The notes under the pieces are model-generated. The model was not told where the DNA came from. It did no database searches and saw only the letters and a program-made list of their open reading frames with translations. DNA of 64,000 nt from Shigella phage Shfl2, in the sequence record HM035025. One strand, given 5' to 3'. The position numbers were made by a program, and so were the translations under genes. Shown one piece after another: positions 59,364 to 64,000 of this stretch (positions are counted from its first letter, which is position 1; every line of letters begins with the position of its first letter).

Positions 59364-59587
59364 ATACTGGCTTCTTTGAGTTTCGTTTTAGCAATAGTTA
59401 ACTGATCGAGGCTTTCAGCATAATTCTTCGCGAATTCACAGTCTTCACAATTATCTAGTGCTTCCCAAAATTCATCGTATAAAGCATCAAAGATAAGTCC
59501 TAAACGAACTTCAGCATCTTTAATAGCATTCACTTTACCGATTTTCTCTTCAGTATGTGGCTTATAACCCTTAATATCTTCAATCAT
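59321..59587 (-). CDS. hypothetical small acidic protein (vs.4-like position)
   Basis: 88 aa ORF. Confidence 0.4.
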   Translation of the reverse strand: MIEDIKGYKPHTEEKIGKVNAIKDAEVRLGLIFDALYDEFWEALDNCEDCEFAKNYAESLDQLTIAKTKLKEASMWACRAVFQPEEKY

Positions 59588-59801
59588 ATTTTACTTCCTC
59601 ACCAGTACCTAAATCATATTCAACTAAACGAATAGGCTCATGAATTCCATATCCTTGAACAGAAATTTCTGTCGTAGGATAAATTCCGTTAATATCGCCC
59701 ATGTTCCACGCTTCATTAAATTGCTGTTCGCCTGAATTACTAAACCATTCAGCGAAAGCATTTAGCACATCTTCAGAACCTTCAATAATTATCTTTGCCA
59801 T
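59580..59801 (-). CDS. hypothetical small acidic protein
   Basis: 73 aa ORF. Confidence 0.4.
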   Translation of the reverse strand: MAKIIIEGSEDVLNAFAEWFSNSGEQQFNEAWNMGDINGIYPTTEISVQGYGIHEPIRLVEYDLGTGEEVKYD

Positions 59802-60163
59802 TACAGGCTCTCAGTAAAGGTACGAGCGATAACGTCGCGCTGCTGTTCCGGAGTCAGAGAGTTAAAGCGAACTGCATAACCGGATACACGGATGGTCAGC
59901 TGCGGATATTTTTCCGGATGCTTAACTGCATCTTCCAGAGTTTCACGACGCAGAACGTTTACGTTCAGGTGTTGACCACCTTCAATTTTAACCGTAGGTT
60001 GTGTTTCAATTTCAATTTCACGGGCATACAAACCATAGAAAATTTCTGGGTCTACAAAAGAGTCCTCTTTAAAAGTTTTAGAGACAATAATTCTTACTTG
60101 AATACCGTCTTCAAAATAAATAGTACCTTTATGCGTGCCTTCAAGAATTTGATATGCTTTCAT
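59801..60163 (-). CDS. autonomous glycyl radical cofactor (GrcA/YfiD-like), chimeric
   Basis: 120 aa; C-terminal ~65 aa ([59 protein letters not shown]) match E. coli GrcA as recalled, including RVSGY; that part is GC-rich (59805-59995), the N-terminus is phage-like AT-rich. Confidence 0.8.
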   Translation of the reverse strand: MKAYQILEGTHKGTIYFEDGIQVRIIVSKTFKEDSFVDPEIFYGLYAREIEIETQPTVKIEGGQHLNVNVLRRETLEDAVKHPEKYPQLTIRVSGYAVRFNSLTPEQQRDVIARTFTESL

Positions 60164-60170
60164 ATAAACC

Positions 60171-61084
60171 TCAATTAGAAAATAAATTTATCCAAGATTG
60201 TTCTTTAATTAAAAATGGCTCAGAATCATATGCCATTAAACTTTGTGTAATTAGTCCTTTAAAAGGCCCATCAATAAATTCCATGGTAAAATATGGAATT
60301 TTATTCATTAGCCGTGCATTAGGAGCCGTGCACAAAACTCTGCATCCTTTGAATACGCCTTTTTGTAATTTGTATTGCTTAAGATAAAATTCGCTCAAAA
60401 TGTTATTTTTTGCCAAAATTTCAAAATGATTCACCAATTTATTTTTAATAGTTTTTGGCGAAAAATAAAGATATTCGAAAAGTTGCGAATCTGTCATCAT
60501 TGCATTCCAATCACAAAAAATTGAGGACGAGTAATACCACCAATGCAACATTTACTATTGCAGCAGTACTGTACAGTGTCAATATGAGCATCATAAATCT
60601 TATCCATATCAGGAGATTTGACAGGCTCATCAATTATATACAAAATTCGCGAAAGCGATAAACCTCTGAACTTGCTTCCTTTATTACCAATAAAACTGCG
60701 CACAGAATCAGTAAATAAGCGGAATCGAATATCATCATTAGAATAACGCGAAAATTCCTTTTTAATGTTATTTGCAGAAATTTTAGCGTAAGCTGAAGTA
60801 TTAGAAAGAACAATAACTGTTCCGCCATCATACAACCAATTAGCAGCAAAGTTAGTCACAGCAATTGATTTACCGGATTGACGTCCACCATCTAGTCGAA
60901 GTGTACAATACTGTTTAAGTAAGTCTTCAAATGATAGGATATAATCGTTTTTACAAATTTCTTCTACTCTAGCATCAGAATGGTGTGTAAAAGCATTCAT
61001 CAGGATAGATAAGGACCAGTTAAAAATGTTCTCATTTCTTCTCTCTCTAAGTTTGGGCCATTCCATGGCGCATGAATTGTCCAT
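60171..61084 (-). pseudogene. terminase-like P-loop ATPase split into two overlapping frames (possible frameshifted remnant)
   Basis: ORF 60497..61084 has Walker A GGRQSGKS and Walker B ILYIIDEP but no SD and an N-terminus that runs through a leader hairpin; ORF 60171..60551 continues in the -1 frame; overlap contains an A6/T6 run (60515-60520). Confidence 0.35.
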
Positions 61085-61130
61085 TTCTGTATTTACCCAT
61101 TACCGCACTTGGGCTCGACCTTATTACAGG
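61040..61130 (-). repeat. repeated leader element with 9 bp hairpin, copy 1
   Basis: TAAGTTTGGG-CATTCCATGGCGCATGAATTGTCC-TTTCTGTATTTAC-CATTACCG shared with 61690-61770. Confidence 0.6.
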
Positions 61131-61189
61131 TTGGCGGGAATCCCTCACAAAATCATGAGGTCCAGGTTGTTCCCATATTTCTTATTTGC

Positions 61190-61663
61190 TTATTTGAACG
61201 ATTTAACGTACTGAATAGAACCTTTACTATTCACGAAAGCGATTTTACCATTTTTATTATACATGGTAGCAGTACGCTGATAGCCGTAAGTTTGCTTACC
61301 AGATTGATAACCAACTAATGCAAAATTATCTTCACCCATTTTATTCTGTTTAGCGCGAATGCGTTCATGACCATGTGCCATAAGAACCTTAGCATCACCA
61401 GTTGCAATGGATCGACGAGTTTTTTCATCTTCAACTGTATTAACAAAGTCGTCAAATGAATCAAATTTAGCGTGAGATTTATTATACAGTTTTCCATCTA
61501 CTGCATAATTATATCCCTGTACATCCATCTCAACTTCTGTACCATCATCCAATACAGCAGTGATTTTCTGTCCTTTTTTAAATTTCAAAAGATCAGTAAA
61601 AGATTCAGCAATAATTTGAGAATTAATAGCTGCTTCAGTAATAAATTCTTGATATGTTTTCAT
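61190..61663 (-). CDS. internal protein (IP) with capsid targeting sequence
   Basis: 157 aa; starts MKTYQEFITEA, i.e. the T4 IP CTS (MKTYQEFIAE) with a gp21-type cleavage context; body unlike T4 IPII as recalled. Confidence 0.6.
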   Translation of the reverse strand: MKTYQEFITEAAINSQIIAESFTDLLKFKKGQKITAVLDDGTEVEMDVQGYNYAVDGKLYNKSHAKFDSFDDFVNTVEDEKTRRSIATGDAKVLMAHGHERIRAKQNKMGEDNFALVGYQSGKQTYGYQRTATMYNKNGKIAFVNSKGSIQYVKSFK

Positions 61664-61689
61664 GTGTTTCCTTTAAATGTAAATAGTTT

Positions 61690-61770
61690 TATTCTTTAAG
61701 TTTGGGACAATTCGCACGCATGAATTGTCCGTTTCTATATTTATCTATTACCGGGTTCGAACTCGGCTTT
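61690..61770 (-). repeat. repeated leader element with 9 bp hairpin, copy 2
   Basis: GGACAATTC-gcacgcat-GAATTGTCC hairpin and conserved flanks upstream of the ipII-like start. Confidence 0.6.
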
Positions 61771-61771
61771 A

Positions 61772-62350
61772 TTAAGAATTACCACGGGCTGCATTAGCAA
61801 CGGCATACGCGTACTGAACATTAGCGTCTTTAAACGTACCTTTAGAGGTATCTATTTCTGCCTTAAAGCCGCCTTTAGTCATAACATCGGCAAATTCTTT
61901 ACGGAAAGCCATTGCATCAAGACCTTTCCATGATGATTTATGCTTGGCGAATTCAAGACCAGCGTAGTTGACAGCCTTAGCTAATTTATTATCAATAACC
62001 CATTTACCAGCTTTAGGCACAAACTTCGGGCCTTTCTGTTTAGAGAACAGTTTTAAATTCCAGCGGCGAAGGTCACTGTCGGCTTTAACAAAAGCTGCGT
62101 CTAAGTTACTAGCAACAACATCTTCAATATGAGCAAATTTAAGTCCGTCAACTTCAATATTTAGATCGGTACGCCAGCGAAGTCCTTCCCAAGCGAAGGC
62201 TTTAAAATCGGAAGCTTTTGTAGCTAAGTATCGTTCAATAGGGGCTGTTTTAGGGTCAAAGCCGTTTCCTCGGTAAGTCCACTCGTCTTTATTAATGCCT
62301 TTGGCCTTTTCAACAGAAGCTTCAGCGATAAATTCTTTATACGTTTTCAT
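61772..62350 (-). CDS. ipIII: internal protein III-like
   Basis: 192 aa; starts MKTYKEFIAEA (CTS); size matches T4 IPIII. Confidence 0.7.
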   Translation of the reverse strand: MKTYKEFIAEASVEKAKGINKDEWTYRGNGFDPKTAPIERYLATKASDFKAFAWEGLRWRTDLNIEVDGLKFAHIEDVVASNLDAAFVKADSDLRRWNLKLFSKQKGPKFVPKAGKWVIDNKLAKAVNYAGLEFAKHKSSWKGLDAMAFRKEFADVMTKGGFKAEIDTSKGTFKDANVQYAYAVANAARGNS

Positions 62351-62421
62351 GTGTTTCCTTTAAATATTTTAATTAGTAACTGTGAATATACTATCACAGT
62401 TCCAAGAGAAAGTAAACAACT

Positions 62422-63390
<969 letters not shown>

Positions 63391-63409
<19 letters not shown>

Positions 63410-63879
63410 TCAGTGATAAAGTTATTTAAATTTTGAGCATATTTCTTTTCATCAAAAATCTTTTGTTGTCTGCGTAACCGCCATGGCATTTCAATGAACA
63501 TGCGCCATATTCCTGATAATACTGCTACTGTAAAAATATTAACAAGTATAGTTAAAAGAACCCAATCTCCTATTCTGTCCATTGGATTTTTTATAAAAAA
63601 GTAAAATACGAACGATGATATAGGAAGACTAATGATATACCACAGAAGAACCTTCTTATCTGTGAACCAATCAGCATTCGTTAACTTAGCGCGACCATTT
63701 TGAATACACACGAATTTATCATCTGTTACAGTAAATGGCTTAGCTGCTTGATATCCCATTCTAAACTCCCTAATTAATCGTTTCTTTGTATCTTCGGAAC
63801 AACCATTCCAGTCAACTCTATCAACTGGAATGCCATCATCCCCATCATCTAAATCGTACCAGCGAGTTTTTAAAATCAT
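63391..63879 (-). CDS. hypothetical membrane-associated protein
   Basis: 162 aa; central hydrophobic segments. Confidence 0.45.
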
Positions 63880-64000
63880 TTAATTTTCCTGCAATCGCTC
63901 ACAAACTCTTTCATTGATTCATTTTCAATATAAGACATGTAGCTATTATATTCTTTTAATTGTATTTTGTAATCTTTTTTTCTTTGCCAATTTATTTTAA

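Noticed and set aside
61740-61765. tRNA-like T-arm sequence GGTTCGAAC
   Set aside because: No acceptor stem, D-arm or anticodon arm can be paired around it; it sits inside the repeated ip leader element.

Overview
This window is a contiguous early/middle-gene block of a T-even (T4-like) myovirus, running from the 5' part of rIIA (window start) to the e/nudE region (window end). Almost every gene is on the minus strand and packed end to end; the plus-strand ORFs in the track are nearly all antisense artefacts. Identifications rest on reading the translations against T4 proteins as I recall them; no database search was run. Recognisable in order: rIIA, an unsplit topoisomerase gene 39, dexA, dda, modA, modB, soc, 56, 61 (primase), sp, dmd, 41 (helicase), uvsX, 42, imm, 43 (DNA polymerase), regA, 62, 44, 45, rpbA, 46, 47, alpha-gt, 55, nrdH, nrdG, nrdD, 49, nrdC, rI, tk, regB, two internal-protein genes, e (lysozyme) and nudE. 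Differences from T4 itself point to a T2/T6-type relative: gene 39 is not split by gene 60, no dam-like ORF lies between 56 and 61, no denV-like ORF lies between regB and the ip genes, the beta-gt slot holds a different glycosyltransferase, nrdD has no intron, and no homing-endonuclease genes are seen. Minus-strand genes are punctuated by early promoters (GTTTAC -35 type), a few MotA-box and TATAAATA late promoters, and C(UUCG)G-type tetraloop terminator hairpins. The best candidates for uncharacterised biology are in the nrdC-rI hyperplastic region (44.2-54.9 kb) and the tk-ip region (56.4-61.2 kb): a four-gene paralog array, an AAA+-like ATPase and a Pol-beta-type nucleotidyltransferase-like protein associated with repeated promoter cassettes, a TARG1/DarG-like macrodomain protein, a host-derived GrcA chimera, and a frameshifted terminase-like ATPase remnant.
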